A DNA stretch of 25,609 bases from a virus (lineage: Duplodnaviria > Heunggongvirae > Uroviricota > Caudoviricetes). The stretch's first letter is position 1, and every line of letters begins with the position of its first letter. The stretch is taken from IMG/VR virus record IMGVR_UViG_3300030339_000018; one strand, given 5' to 3'. Positions 1 through 10,945 of this stretch are shown piece by piece. The position numbers and the translations under genes are program-made. Under the pieces are notes generated by a model that saw only the letters and a list, made by a program, of their open reading frames with translations, was not told the origin of the DNA and did not search any database.

Positions 1-2556
1 GTGTATATGATGGCTTATGCATTAGATGCAAATGGTATGTATGAAAATTGGTCTCCATTATTTGATTATTCAAGTAAAGAAGCTTTAGATTTATCTGAAA
101 AACTTCCTATACCAACTGGTATTCCTACTAATTTTCAAATTATGTCTACTAAAGAAATTAAAGGATTAAATAGAACTGGAGTTGATTTAACTGATACAAT
201 TAAAACAGCAAATGGTAAATTAAATCATATAGAAACTTTGAATTTAATTAATGATTTACTTCCACGTATTAATAAAAATCCTGATGAATTCTTTTATAGT
301 AAAATAGCAGATGAAAGTGGATTAATGGATAAAATTAATCAACATAATACATATAGTAATCAAAAAGAAGGATTAAAAAATAATGTAGTAACAATGGTTC
401 ATAATGTAAATATGGATTTAGAAAATCAAGTATCTGCATATACCTCTATTGATTCTGGAACAGCACCATGAACTGAACAAGTTAAAAAAGCTGATACAGG
501 AGATATTTTATCTGCACATAGTGTAGTTTCATTATATAAACTTAAAGAAACAAATTCTGTGGGTAAAGATACAGTAGGTGTAATGGCTAATGGTTTAAAA
601 ACATTTTTTGCATTAACTCAATATTTTAATAAATACTATAAATCAACTGACAGTATTTCTCCAAATGATAATGCTTATTTTATAAAGAAATTTAATATAG
701 GTGGTGGAGATAAATATGTTAGTACAATTGGAGATATTAGAATTACTAGTGAACAAGCTGATATGATTAATAATTATATTAATAAAGTAGCTGATACTGA
801 TAATACTTATATGTATTTTAATAATAATGATATTTCAATTTCATTATCTGCATTAACTAGTTTAGCAGTAGATAATGCTAAAGAATTGGCATTGGCAAAA
901 CTTAATGCTGGATTAGAATTAGCAAGTATGCATATTTATTTAACTATATTAGGATTCACACCAAAAATGGTTGCAGATTATATGATGGGGCCTAATGTAA
1001 GTAGATTAGTTGCTTCTCTTAAATACAATTTCTTTACAGATGAAAAAACATCAGTAGATGATTTAGTAACTAAAAGTGGAGATAGACAATTTATTCAAAT
1101 TTATCAAGGGGCTAAAGAATTAAGAGCATTAAATACCTTTTTGGCTTTAAATCAAGGAGTAAAATCTAATATCTATGAAATTCATGGTTCTTTAGAATCT
1201 ATGAATCAAATTATTTATACTAGAGAAAGTATTTTATATAAAGGCAATACTGGAAATATGCAAAATAATTTTGATACAACTGTAGATAAAATGGTAAAAG
1301 AAATTAGTGTTAATAAACCATACTTAACTAAAGAATATATTAAAAATACATTAATACAAGCTCATAAAGAGAATATAATAATGCAGAATTTTAATTTAGA
1401 TAAATATCTTAATGATCCTATGTATAGAAAAGTAATTGTAGATTATTATAATATATTAAAACATACTATTAATATCTTTGATAGTATAAATAATCTTCCT
1501 CATTTTTATCAAATGTTACAATCTTTAAATTCATCAGTAAATTTATTAAAAGTAACATCAGCTAGAGTAAGTTTTATTGAAGATACAGTTCCAGTAGTTT
1601 TAAAATATTATAAAGATACATTAAAAAAGAAAATCACTATTAACAATGATCCCTTTGCACCATTAATATATTCTAAAGATGGGGCAAAAGCAATGAGTAC
1701 TTTATTTACTGATCATGTTATATATGAATGAATGAAGTCTCCTGATTTAGATTTTTTTAGTCTTAATTTAGAACAAATTGCAAACTTAACATCTAATTCT
1801 AAAATTGAATATTTTAATGATAAAGGTAGATTTTCAAATGATAATGTAGAAACTACTGCTGGGAATGTAATTATAGATACTAAATCTTTAGATAATTTAG
1901 CTACAATTAAAGTACTTATGGAGAAATATTTGATTCCTTATTTAAAAGAAAATGAATCTGATAATACATTTGTTAAATATTTAATTAAAGCTACTAATAA
2001 ATATTCTAAAAGAGAATTCTATAAATTAAATATTAACATGAGTGCTTTAAATGATAGTATATCTGGACCATTATTTAATGAATTACTTAGTTCATTTAAT
2101 GAATTATCAGATAAAAATAGTGGTTTAACTGGAGAAAATGATACAAACTTAAATTGAGGTGACATATTTTTTGTTTATAATACTATTATAAATAAAAATG
2201 CAATTGGAAATGAAAGAATGAGTAGAATTTTTGATGATTATGTACAAAAACCAAATTCATTAGCTATTAAATTACCAATATTTTTTGCAGAATTTGATAA
2301 TAAAACTAGAACTTTAGATATTAGTCCATATGATATAATGTATAGTTTATATAATAAACATGGAGTATTAGACCTTGTAAAAAAATCAGGGGAAAAAACA
2401 ATACCAGAATCATTAGAAATATTAAATCAACATTATACTTTAAATGTGGATTTAATTCCTTCAAATAATGAATCTAAATTAAAAAATCAATTATTAACCA
2501 AAATTATGAATGCTATGAATAATGGGCATTTCACAATAGATTTAAACTGTAACTAA
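1..2556 (+). CDS. 5'-truncated giant virion protein, probably the C-terminal part of the crAss-type two-barrel virion RNA polymerase; read through 3 TGA codons (851 aa in window)
   Basis: Track ORFs 1..471, 559..1731, 1732..2157 and 2218..2556 share one frame and are separated only by TGA (469, 1729, 2155), with no TAA/TAG in the gaps; ends TAA 2554-2556. VGVMANG...AVDNAKE resembles, from memory, the LGxIxN...AVDxxK segments of QDE-1/crAss-type two-barrel polymerases. The catalytic DxDxD is not in the window, so the product call is tentative while the ORF structure is solid. Confidence 0.6.
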
Positions 2557-3404
2557 TGGCTTGTGACTATATAATAACAACTAAAGATGGAGGTACTTTT
2601 AAAGTACCTTCACCTTTTGATACGAAATCTGATACATTATTTTCTAGTATTTTATCTAATTTAGATACTAAAACTTTAGGGCAATTAATGTCTACTATTC
2701 AAACTTCTATAAATAAAAAGATACCTAATAAACCAGTAATATCTGAAGAAATAATAAAACCAACAGATAATAATGAACTATTAGATACAATATTAACAGA
2801 AATGACTTCTAAATTTGGTATACAATTTGTACAATTTAATAAAGATAATTATGCAGATATACAACAATTATCAGTAGAAGATTTAAATAAAGTTAAAGCA
2901 TTTGCAAAAGATGGTGTAATTTACTTTAATAAAACAGAAGGAACTATTGAAGAACCTTTACATGAATTTATGCATTTGATTTTAAATACATTAAAAGTTA
3001 GAAATCCAACTTTATTTGAAAATATTGTAAAAAATATGTATAAAGTAGAAGGATATCAACAAATTGCAGATTTATATCCAAATTTAACAAGATTAGATTT
3101 AGGTGAGGAAGCATTTGTAAGATTATTTTCTAGTAAAGCAACAGAATTAATGCAAAGTACTGATTTAATGACAGCTGTTAAACAATCATTAAACGATATA
3201 TTACAACCAACTAAAGATACTTCTAATATATCTACTGAAGATTTACTTGATTTATCTATAACAGACTATATAAATCAATTTGGAAGTGAATTAATACAAG
3301 GTAAACAAGGTTTATATAATAAAACAGATAGTAATTTAGGAACTCAAATCTTAAATATAAAACAAAATTTAATGGAATCTAAAGAATTAGGAGAAAAATG
3401 TTAA
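2556..3404 (+). CDS. Zincin-like metallopeptidase domain protein (putative virion cargo protein), 282 aa
   Basis: HEFMH (HExxH) at 2961-2975 plus downstream GEEAF (3102-3116). TAATG overlaps with both neighbours. Contains no Trp codon of either kind. Confidence 0.7.
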   Translation: MACDYIITTKDGGTFKVPSPFDTKSDTLFSSILSNLDTKTLGQLMSTIQTSINKKIPNKPVISEEIIKPTDNNELLDTILTEMTSKFGIQFVQFNKDNYADIQQLSVEDLNKVKAFAKDGVIYFNKTEGTIEEPLHEFMHLILNTLKVRNPTLFENIVKNMYKVEGYQQIADLYPNLTRLDLGEEAFVRLFSSKATELMQSTDLMTAVKQSLNDILQPTKDTSNISTEDLLDLSITDYINQFGSELIQGKQGLYNKTDSNLGTQILNIKQNLMESKELGEKC

Positions 3405-6400
3405 TGGAGGGATGTAAATATATATTAAAAAGTAAAGGAATGGAATTTGATTCTGAATTAGAATTAAATGATTATATTAAAAATAATATTGATGATTTTG
3501 ACCATACTGGTAATATTGTTTATAGTTTGGCAGATAAAAAAGAAATTAATGTTTCTAAAATAAAAGAATTAATTAAAACTTACAGCCAACGTGTAAGTGA
3601 TGGTACTTCTTTATCTGTTAATGATTTTCTTGTACAAGAACATCAAATTGGAGAAAATACTGAAAGATTAGTTCCAGAATATATTGAGGAAAATAGAATT
3701 AAAAATACTATTACTCAAATTATGAAAAATAATCCTAGTTATACTGAAGCATTTGCTAGAGCAGAAATATTAAATACTATTGCTCAAGAAAATAAGATGG
3801 TAAATGTAGGTACATGAATGCATAAACTTTTACAAAAAGGGTGAAAAAGTACTTCTAGCTCAGATTTTATATCTGAGTTAGCAGGTATGGCTCAATTTAA
3901 AGATGTATTAGGTACAACAGATGAAACCGCACAACGAAAAGTTAGTGATGCTATTATAGAAGTTATAAGATTAATTTCATCAACACATCCAAATGCAACA
4001 TCATTTCCTAATCTTCAAATTGTAACTGAAGATATGCTAGGTAGAAAAGTTAATGGAAAAATTGATTTACTTTTAATTGGCGAAGATGGAAAAGCTCATA
4101 TTTATGATTTAAAAATATCTACTAAAGCATTTAATGATTGGGATTCTGCTAAAAAATTAAATACTAATTATCAATTGGGAGCATTAAGACAAATGTTATC
4201 TGCAAATGGAGTTAATATTCAAGATGCAACATTAAATGTAATTCCTATTACTATACCATTTGGTAATATAAATAGAATGCAAACTGATATAAAAATTGAA
4301 TTATTAAATCCTAAAACTCAATTAAATAATAAATTAAATTATTTTCAAGGAGATGTAAGTTTAAAACTTAAAAAATACTTACCATCTACTATATCTAATG
4401 CAGATGTTGAAAATGTTCATTTAGATAATACTTTAATTGATCAATTAGGTGTTTTATTTCCTAAATTTAATTTTGAATCTCAACAAATTAAAGTTAATTC
4501 AGAAGAATTATTTAATAACGCATCTAAAACTAAAAATTCAAATGGTGAATTTCAATTCTATAATAAATTACAAGGTAAACGTACTACAGCAAAAAATGAA
4601 ACTGAATTAAAAGAAAAAATTGATCAGTATGTTATAGATTTAGATCAACAAAAACATACAGTTATTGAGGGTTTATATGAACAATTGGATGGTTTTATAA
4701 AAACTGGACAAAAGCCTGAAAATTTATTTGGTAAAAATACTAATGCAGTTTTAAATGAAGCTATTTCATATAATTTTGATAAATACATGGATGGTACATG
4801 GAATCTTATTAAAATAGATGCATTAATGTCTGCTGGTATTTTAGGTTTTCAAAGTGAAAATGGCATGCTAGAATTCATGGTTATTTCAACTAATAGAAAA
4901 AATATATCTTATAAATTACCAGAAGGTAATTCTTTATTAGGTAAATTTCTTAATAATGAAAAAGCAAGAGAATTCTTTCCAGAAGTATTAGAAGCAACTA
5001 CTAGTAATATTGAATTAATGAAAGTATTAACTGTACTAAATTCAATACCTGAAATCTTTAATGGATATACATTAGGAGATATAAAATTTCTAAATTATCT
5101 TGAAGGTAAAGCTGATTCTAAAGATTTAAATATATTAATTAGAAATTTTAATGCATTAGCTGAAAAAGGAGGTATTGAAAGTAATTTTAAAAATAGTAAA
5201 ATTAAACCTGTTGAAACATTAGATTATATATATAATAATTTAAATTCAATTCTTAAAGTAAGTACAAATGCTGCATTGACAGATATTTTTAATGCTGTTG
5301 AGAGAGAAGATTTAATTACATTAAAACTTGAAACTTTACAAGAATTAAGACAAAAGATTTTAGATATGCCTAATCAAGCTTATTTAAAAAATAAATCTCC
5401 TAATGAAATGCTTAATTTTAATACACAAGAAGAATATGCATTATATTTAGTTAGTTTAGGAATTGCCTATTATTCTGGAATTACTAATAATGGAGATTAT
5501 ATTATCCCTCAATTAGGAATAAGTGGTGCTAATACTGTAGATGTTTTAAAGTCACCATTTACTTATAATGAAACTTCAAGAGATAAACAAGGTAATAAAG
5601 TTGTAGGGTTTCTTGGAGGTTTAACATTTGCAACTGCAAGTACACTACCTTCTAAAGATTTACATAGTATTGTAAATTTAGTAAGTATTGGTAATCAAAG
5701 AATTAGAGGTGAATATGAAAAAGTATTAACTGAAATTATACCACATACTAAAAAATATTATAAAGATTCAGGATATTCTGAAGTTTATCAACATATAATT
5801 GGTAACACATATCCATTACATGATAATTTTTATAAAAGAATGTCAGATGATACTTTAGATCCAGCAATGATGTTTAAAAATCCATATGATGAACATGAAT
5901 CTTTATTAGTGCCTCAAAGAGACTATTTAATGAGAATGTTATGGGAAATAAATAAAAGACGTTTAGGATTATCTATAGAAGAAAAACAAACCGATTATAA
6001 AAAAGCAGATAAATTAGAGAAAGTTATAAAAGCTGGTGATAAATATTTCGAAGTACCATTAATGAGGGGTACAGATGCTTCTAAATTGCATAATATAACA
6101 CTTAAAAATACTCTTGAATCTATAAAAAATAAAGTTGATGAAGTTAGAGATTATATAGATCCTAGAGAATTAACTGAAGAACAACGTATTAATGTAGTTA
6201 AACAAAAAAATAATTATCAAAATATGTACAATCAATTTAGAATGTCTGAAAATTCAAGATCTAAAATGATTGCAAATAAAGGAGTTAAATATTTTGAGAC
6301 TAATCTTGATAGAATAACATTAGAATATGTATATGCTGATATAAAAGAAAATATAATGAATAATGTATTAAGTAAAATGAATTCAGCAATTTATTTACTT

Positions 6401-7957
6401 AAATTTTATGCTAAACAATCTGGGGATGATATATCTTCAACTCTTCAATATTTTCAAGATTACATACAATCAAATATATATAATGAACCTATAATTTCAT
6501 CAGAATTACAAGATGTAGTTAAATGAGTAGAAGCTGCAAAAGGTTTTACAAGTAAATTAATTATGCCTTTTAGACCTGCAATGTTAGTAAAAGAATTAAG
6601 TATGGGAACAATTGTTAATGTTTCAAGAGCTTTTACACAAATTTATGGAGAAAATTCATTTAATATTAAACATTTAGCAGAAGCATATAAAGTTATGATA
6701 GGATCTAATAAACAATTTTCAAGAGATTTTAATAAAGTAGATGCTGTTAATAATGCCTATGGTGTAGTAAATTTAGATATGAATGTACTTGTTAATAAAA
6801 CAAGAACAGATAGAGTTGGGGCATTAAATGCATTTAATGAATGGATGTATTTTACTGCAGGACATGGTGATTATGTAAATAGAATGACTTTATTTATTGC
6901 ACAAATGATACATGATGGTGTATGAGATGCTCATACTGTAAATGAAGATGGGCATTTAATTTATGATTTTGAAAAGGATACTAGATTTGCAGAATATAAT
7001 GCTCATAAAAACTCTAAAAATTATACTTCAAAAGCATTTTTAGATCAAAAATCTCTCTATAAAGTAATTCTACAACAATTTAATACAGAAGGTTATACTA
7101 AAGAAGATGGTTCCTTGTATACAGAAGGAGATGCATTACCACAAGCATATACAGTTAAAGATAAAGAAAGTTTAAAATCTTTTGCTGATTTAGCTTATGG
7201 TTTTTATGATCATGAACGTAAATCTATGTTTAATAAAACTGCAACAGGTATTGTATTTATGCAATTTATGACATTCTGGACTGCTAAAAAAGCCTTATGG
7301 TTTACTAAACCTGGAAGTACAGAAAATAGTCAAGGTATGTGAAAAACTAAAGAAGTTATAGATCCTACTGATGGTATAAAGAAAACAGTATTTAAACGTG
7401 AATTTAAAGATGAAAATGGTATTATAGAGCATGTAGAAGAAACATTTGAGAATGATGGTAAAATGGAACCAGTAAAATATTGGGAAGGTAATCCACATGT
7501 TGGATTATTTTATGCATTAACTCATACTTTTAGAGATTTAAGTAGAGGTAATTTTAAAGAAGCATTTGCAGATACTAAACGTAATAATAGATCAAAACAA
7601 GCTTTACATGATATACTTGCTGTAATGTTTTATGCATTTATTGCAAGATTAATGTTCGGAGCAGCTAGAGAAGCTATGGGAATGGATACAACAGTTGATC
7701 CATTAAAACCAACTAAAAATGGTGGAGATTTAACTATAGTACAAAATTCATTATCATTACTTGAAAAATCCCAATTAAAAGCCTTTGGTGAATTTAATCC
7801 AGTATCAAATATTTTTGGTGGATTTAGTTGGGAACCAGCATTTGCTACTAAAGTTACAAATGTAGTTACTGGAGCTCAAAATGTAATTTTTGGTGATGGA
7901 GATCTTCTTAACTATGCTAAAAAGAATGTTACAATGTTAGAAAATTTCAATATTTAA
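3404..7957 (+). CDS. Giant (1517 aa) putative virion cargo protein with an N-terminal PD-(D/E)xK nuclease domain; read through 5 TGA codons
   Basis: One frame from ATG 3404 (TAATG overlap) to TAA 7955-7957. Interruptions are only TGA at 3815, 3842, 6524, 6923 and 7340; the gaps were translated by hand and are stop-free. Motifs: GT[W]MH, KIDLLLIGEDGKAHIYDLK, YQL. Confidence 0.8.
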
Positions 7958-7961
7958 AAAA

Positions 7962-8001
7962 AATAGCCCCTATATATCGGTTAAGATACATAGGGGCTAT
8001 T
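7962..8001. terminator. Bidirectional intrinsic terminator between the convergent blocks
   Basis: AATAGCCCCTATATATC-GGTTAA-GATACATAGGGGCTATT: 17-bp stem (one A-C pair on +, G-U on -), with an A-tract on the left and a T-rich tract on the right. Confidence 0.9.
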
Positions 8002-8011
8002 ATTATTTTAA

Positions 8012-8719
8012 TTAAGAATTATAAAATTTACGAGCATATTGTCGTCTTAAACTCTCCATTTTTGCATTTGGTGCAGGATTTTCAAAATGTTTTCTAAATA
8101 ATTCAGCTGCATCTTCTGGAGTTTTTGCTTCTTTTATCTTAGAAAGAACACCACTATAACTATTATTTAATTCATGCCATAGATATTCCATTTGACCATT
8201 TACAGAGGTATTATCTAATCCTCTTGCAGTTGAAAAGTTTTTTAAATTAGTCCATCTTCCTTGACCTACAGTTGGATCTCTCCATTGTGCTAACCCAAAA
8301 GATGTACCTTTATCCCCACCTGCTGTGGTATTTAATCCAGATTCAACCATTAAATTACCAACTACACCAGAAGCTGCTTCTTTAGATAAACCTTTATTAG
8401 TTAAAAAAGAAACCATATCTTTAGCTACACCTGTTTGTCCTTTACTAATTTTTATATTAGCAGTAATTGGGGTTTCTTTAGGTACAATTGGTGTTACAAT
8501 TTGTGGTGTAGAAGTTGAAAATAAAGGACTAGTAGATTTTATAACATCAGGTATATTATAATTTGGTAGAGTTGGTGTTTGTATATTAGTTATTGGTGCT
8601 GTATAAATAGGTGCACCTGTATATTGTACAAAAGGTAAAAGTACAGAGGTTTCTCCTGGATTATATTTATTCATATACTCTGCATATTGATTTATATCAT
8701 TTGTTGTATCGTAGTCCAT
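8012..8719 (-). CDS. Phage tail lysozyme-family (Phage_lysozyme2-like) muralytic enzyme with a Pro/Thr-rich N-terminal linker
   Basis: GVVGNLMVESGLN, GTSFGLAQW, GQMEYLWHEL and AAELFRKHFENP motifs. ATG 8719 (MDYDTT) is preferred over the track's GTG 8806, which lies inside a terminator hairpin. Confidence 0.8.
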   Translation of the reverse strand: MDYDTTNDINQYAEYMNKYNPGETSVLLPFVQYTGAPIYTAPITNIQTPTLPNYNIPDVIKSTSPLFSTSTPQIVTPIVPKETPITANIKISKGQTGVAKDMVSFLTNKGLSKEAASGVVGNLMVESGLNTTAGGDKGTSFGLAQWRDPTVGQGRWTNLKNFSTARGLDNTSVNGQMEYLWHELNNSYSGVLSKIKEAKTPEDAAELFRKHFENPAPNAKMESLRRQYARKFYNS

Positions 8720-8741
8720 ATTTTTAGATTTATTTAATTTG

Positions 8742-8749
8742 TAAAGGTA
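8742..8749 (-). promoter_or_regulatory. Possible Bacteroidota-type -7 element for the lysozyme gene (TACCTTTA, 1 mismatch)
   Basis: One mismatch to TAnnTTTG, 23 nt upstream of ATG 8719; no good -33 TTTG. Confidence 0.25.
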
Positions 8750-8785
8750 CAAAATAAAACCTATAAAAAATACTAAAATATAAAT

Positions 8786-8828
8786 AAAAAAAAATAGCCT
8801 AACCACATCATCACGACGGGGTTAGGCT
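8786..8828 (-). terminator. Intrinsic terminator ending the ligase operon
   Basis: Minus strand AGCCTAACCCCGTC-GTGAT-GATGTGGTTAGGCT (14-bp stem with one mismatch and one G-U) followed by ATTTTTTTTT. Confidence 0.85.
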
Positions 8829-8879
8829 TCACTACTTTATAAACAAAAAAGTATTTTTTACGTGTACTACACGTTATAT

Positions 8880-9229
8880 TTAAGAAAATAGTTTACTCCA
8901 GGCAGATTTTCTGGATAAATTATTTTCTAATTGAGTTTTAAATTCTTCTTTATTATTGTTATCAATTGATATTCTTTGATTAATACCAAGTAATAATTCA
9001 ATAATTTTTGATTCTAATGCTTCTACTGATTCTGTATTGACTCTGTAGAATTTATCTCCCTATTAAAAGGAGATAAATCTATAGATCTACATGAATAACT
9101 ATCAGTTTTAAAATAAATATAAGTATAAAATTTATTTTTATTTATTTCTATATTTAGTCTTTTATTTTCTTCTAACATTTGATCATATTGCCATTTAGGC
9201 ATTGTAATTGTTATTTCATCTCTATTCAT
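8880..9229 (-). pseudogene. Frameshifted hypothetical gene (116 aa if one base is restored near 9058-9060)
   Basis: ATG 9229 overlaps the ligase stop and its frame ends at TAG 9023-9025. A second frame, GGA 9059 to TAA 8880-8882, is open for 59 codons with no ATG (GDKFYRVNTESVEALESKIIELLLG...KSAWSKLFS). Confidence 0.55.
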
Positions 9230-10397
9230 AATCACGAACGCATTTAAATACAGGTTGACTTGGAATACCATCATCTGACCAACTAAAAAATGTAACAGAT
9301 GCTTTTTTACCAACTAGGTCTTCCCATGTTGCTAAATATTCTGCTCTTACTTCCCTAGTTCCCATTGGTTTTGCATCAAAACTCTTCCCTGTTTTAGTTT
9401 TTAAAGTGAAACAGAAATCTTCATCACGAAGTCCTTCTGATACACCTATTATTTCAAATTCTTCTTCCATACGTTCTTTTAGTTTAACCATAAGAACACT
9501 AGAACGCTTTCCAATACCATATGGTTTATTAGGATTACGCATTACTAAACCTTCATAACCTTCTCTTACAAATTGATCATGAGTTTTTTTAATTTTTAAA
9601 TATCCAGATAATAAATAATGATCTATAACTGTAATTTTAGGTTCATCTTTCATTATTTCTTGTAATTCCATTAATAATTCATATCTATCAACAAAATTTA
9701 AAGTTGGATGATATATATCATAAATCCAATAATTTAATACATCACATTTAGATTCCCATTCTTTAACTCTAGCCATACCAGACAGTTTTTGAAGAGAAGT
9801 ACCATGATTATATAATTCACCATCCAATTTTAAATCTGGATTAGCAATAAACCATTTAATTAATTTTTCACTAGCTCTAATTTTAGTAGTTGGTATATTA
9901 TATTCTCCACCACCACGACTTGCACTATGTATCTCATTATCTTTAAGAAATAGGCAACATCTAACTCCATCAAGTTTTCTTGAACAATACCATTCTTTTT
10001 CAAATATATTTGAAGAACACTTTTCAGAAGATACTGCAAGCATGGGTTTTGGTACACCATTTTGATCTTCTTTGTCAGTATTTACTAATTCATCAATTTC
10101 AGAATCTGATAAATCTTCAAAAGAGATTTCAGTTAAATCTTCAATTTTTGTATATCCTTTATCCATATATTTTTTTAATATGGATTTATATTCTAATTCA
10201 GCTTGTTGGATTGGAGTTCTTTTTACTTTACCACTAGTTATAGTAATAACAGGTTGAGGAGTTATCTTTCCAGCCAATTGACTTGTAAATCTTTTTATTT
10301 CAAATGAGGTAGTATTTTGTTCACAAATAGTATGAACAATTTGTACTTTACCTCTAACATTTCTACTTACTAAGTAGTTTTCAAATACTATTGCCAT
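9222..10397 (-). CDS. ATP-dependent DNA ligase (N-terminal WGR-like region)
   Basis: Motif I RKLDGVR, III LDGELY, IIIa WIYDI, IV EGLVMR, V VKLK; ends TAG. Confidence 0.93.
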   Translation of the reverse strand: MAIVFENYLVSRNVRGKVQIVHTICEQNTTSFEIKRFTSQLAGKITPQPVITITSGKVKRTPIQQAELEYKSILKKYMDKGYTKIEDLTEISFEDLSDSEIDELVNTDKEDQNGVPKPMLAVSSEKCSSNIFEKEWYCSRKLDGVRCCLFLKDNEIHSASRGGGEYNIPTTKIRASEKLIKWFIANPDLKLDGELYNHGTSLQKLSGMARVKEWESKCDVLNYWIYDIYHPTLNFVDRYELLMELQEIMKDEPKITVIDHYLLSGYLKIKKTHDQFVREGYEGLVMRNPNKPYGIGKRSSVLMVKLKERMEEEFEIIGVSEGLRDEDFCFTLKTKTGKSFDAKPMGTREVRAEYLATWEDLVGKKASVTFFSWSDDGIPSQPVFKCVRDYE

Positions 10398-10753
10398 TAA
10401 ATTTTTTTATTTTGTTCTAATTTATCTAATTCCCAACCAATACATTCTTCAAGGCAAGTTCCACCATTATAAAAACCCACTCTAAATTCATACATATCAT
10501 TTCCTAATGGATTTAGACTACAATCATCATCATTAACTTCCGAATGATCAAATATCCAATAAAGATCATTGTTATGAACCATATAAGTTTCATAACTATC
10601 TTCATATACTAAATAATCAATCCAATCTTCTACTTCTTCAGTAGGATAATCATGGGTTTCTAAATAAATACGTTTACATTGTTCATCTAATGGTTCAAAT
10701 TTTAATCTTGGTAATAATTTTAATTTACCAATATGATATTCTATATCACTCAT
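10397..10753 (-). CDS. Hypothetical acidic protein, 118 aa
   Basis: ORF with TAATG coupling to the ligase. Confidence 0.8.
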   Translation of the reverse strand: MSDIEYHIGKLKLLPRLKFEPLDEQCKRIYLETHDYPTEEVEDWIDYLVYEDSYETYMVHNNDLYWIFDHSEVNDDDCSLNPLGNDMYEFRVGFYNGGTCLEECIGWELDKLEQNKKI

Positions 10754-10759
10754 AATTTA

Positions 10760-10945
10760 TTATTCTATTACTGTCCAACAAGAATCAATGTTTTCCCACA
10801 TCCAAGCTTCATATTCACCTTGAATTATTTGATCTGGATCTTTATCACAATCATAATCATCTGGTATAGATATAATTTTAATATGTTCTCTTTCTGAACC
10901 TTGACATCCTGTTGCTACATAAAAATTTACTTTTATATTTTTCAT
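10760..10945 (-). CDS. Hypothetical protein, 61 aa (MKNIKVNF...)
   Basis: ATG 10945 is preferred over the track's GTG 11017, which lies inside dut. Confidence 0.7.
   Translation of the reverse strand: MKNIKVNFYVATGCQGSEREHIKIISIPDDYDCDKDPDQIIQGEYEAWMWENIDSCWTVIE

Noticed and set aside
1729-3820. TGA-ATG at 1729-1734 and 3815-3820 as stop/re-start junctions
   Set aside because: Real junctions in this block are TAATG overlaps. The ATG at 3818 would hit another TGA after 8 codons, and GT-W-M-H is a nuclease motif, so a Trp-Met dipeptide is the simpler reading.
1-7957. Pseudogenised or split giant genes, or selenocysteine at TGA
   Set aside because: Eight of eight interruptions being TGA, with no frameshifts or TAA/TAG, does not look like decay. 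Contexts are Trp-like, and no selenoprotein motif or repeated SECIS-like stem was seen after them.
8720-8806. N-terminal transmembrane/SAR anchor on the lysozyme (track start GTG 8806)
   Set aside because: The hydrophobic stretch is just the translation of the terminator hairpin and poly-T tract.
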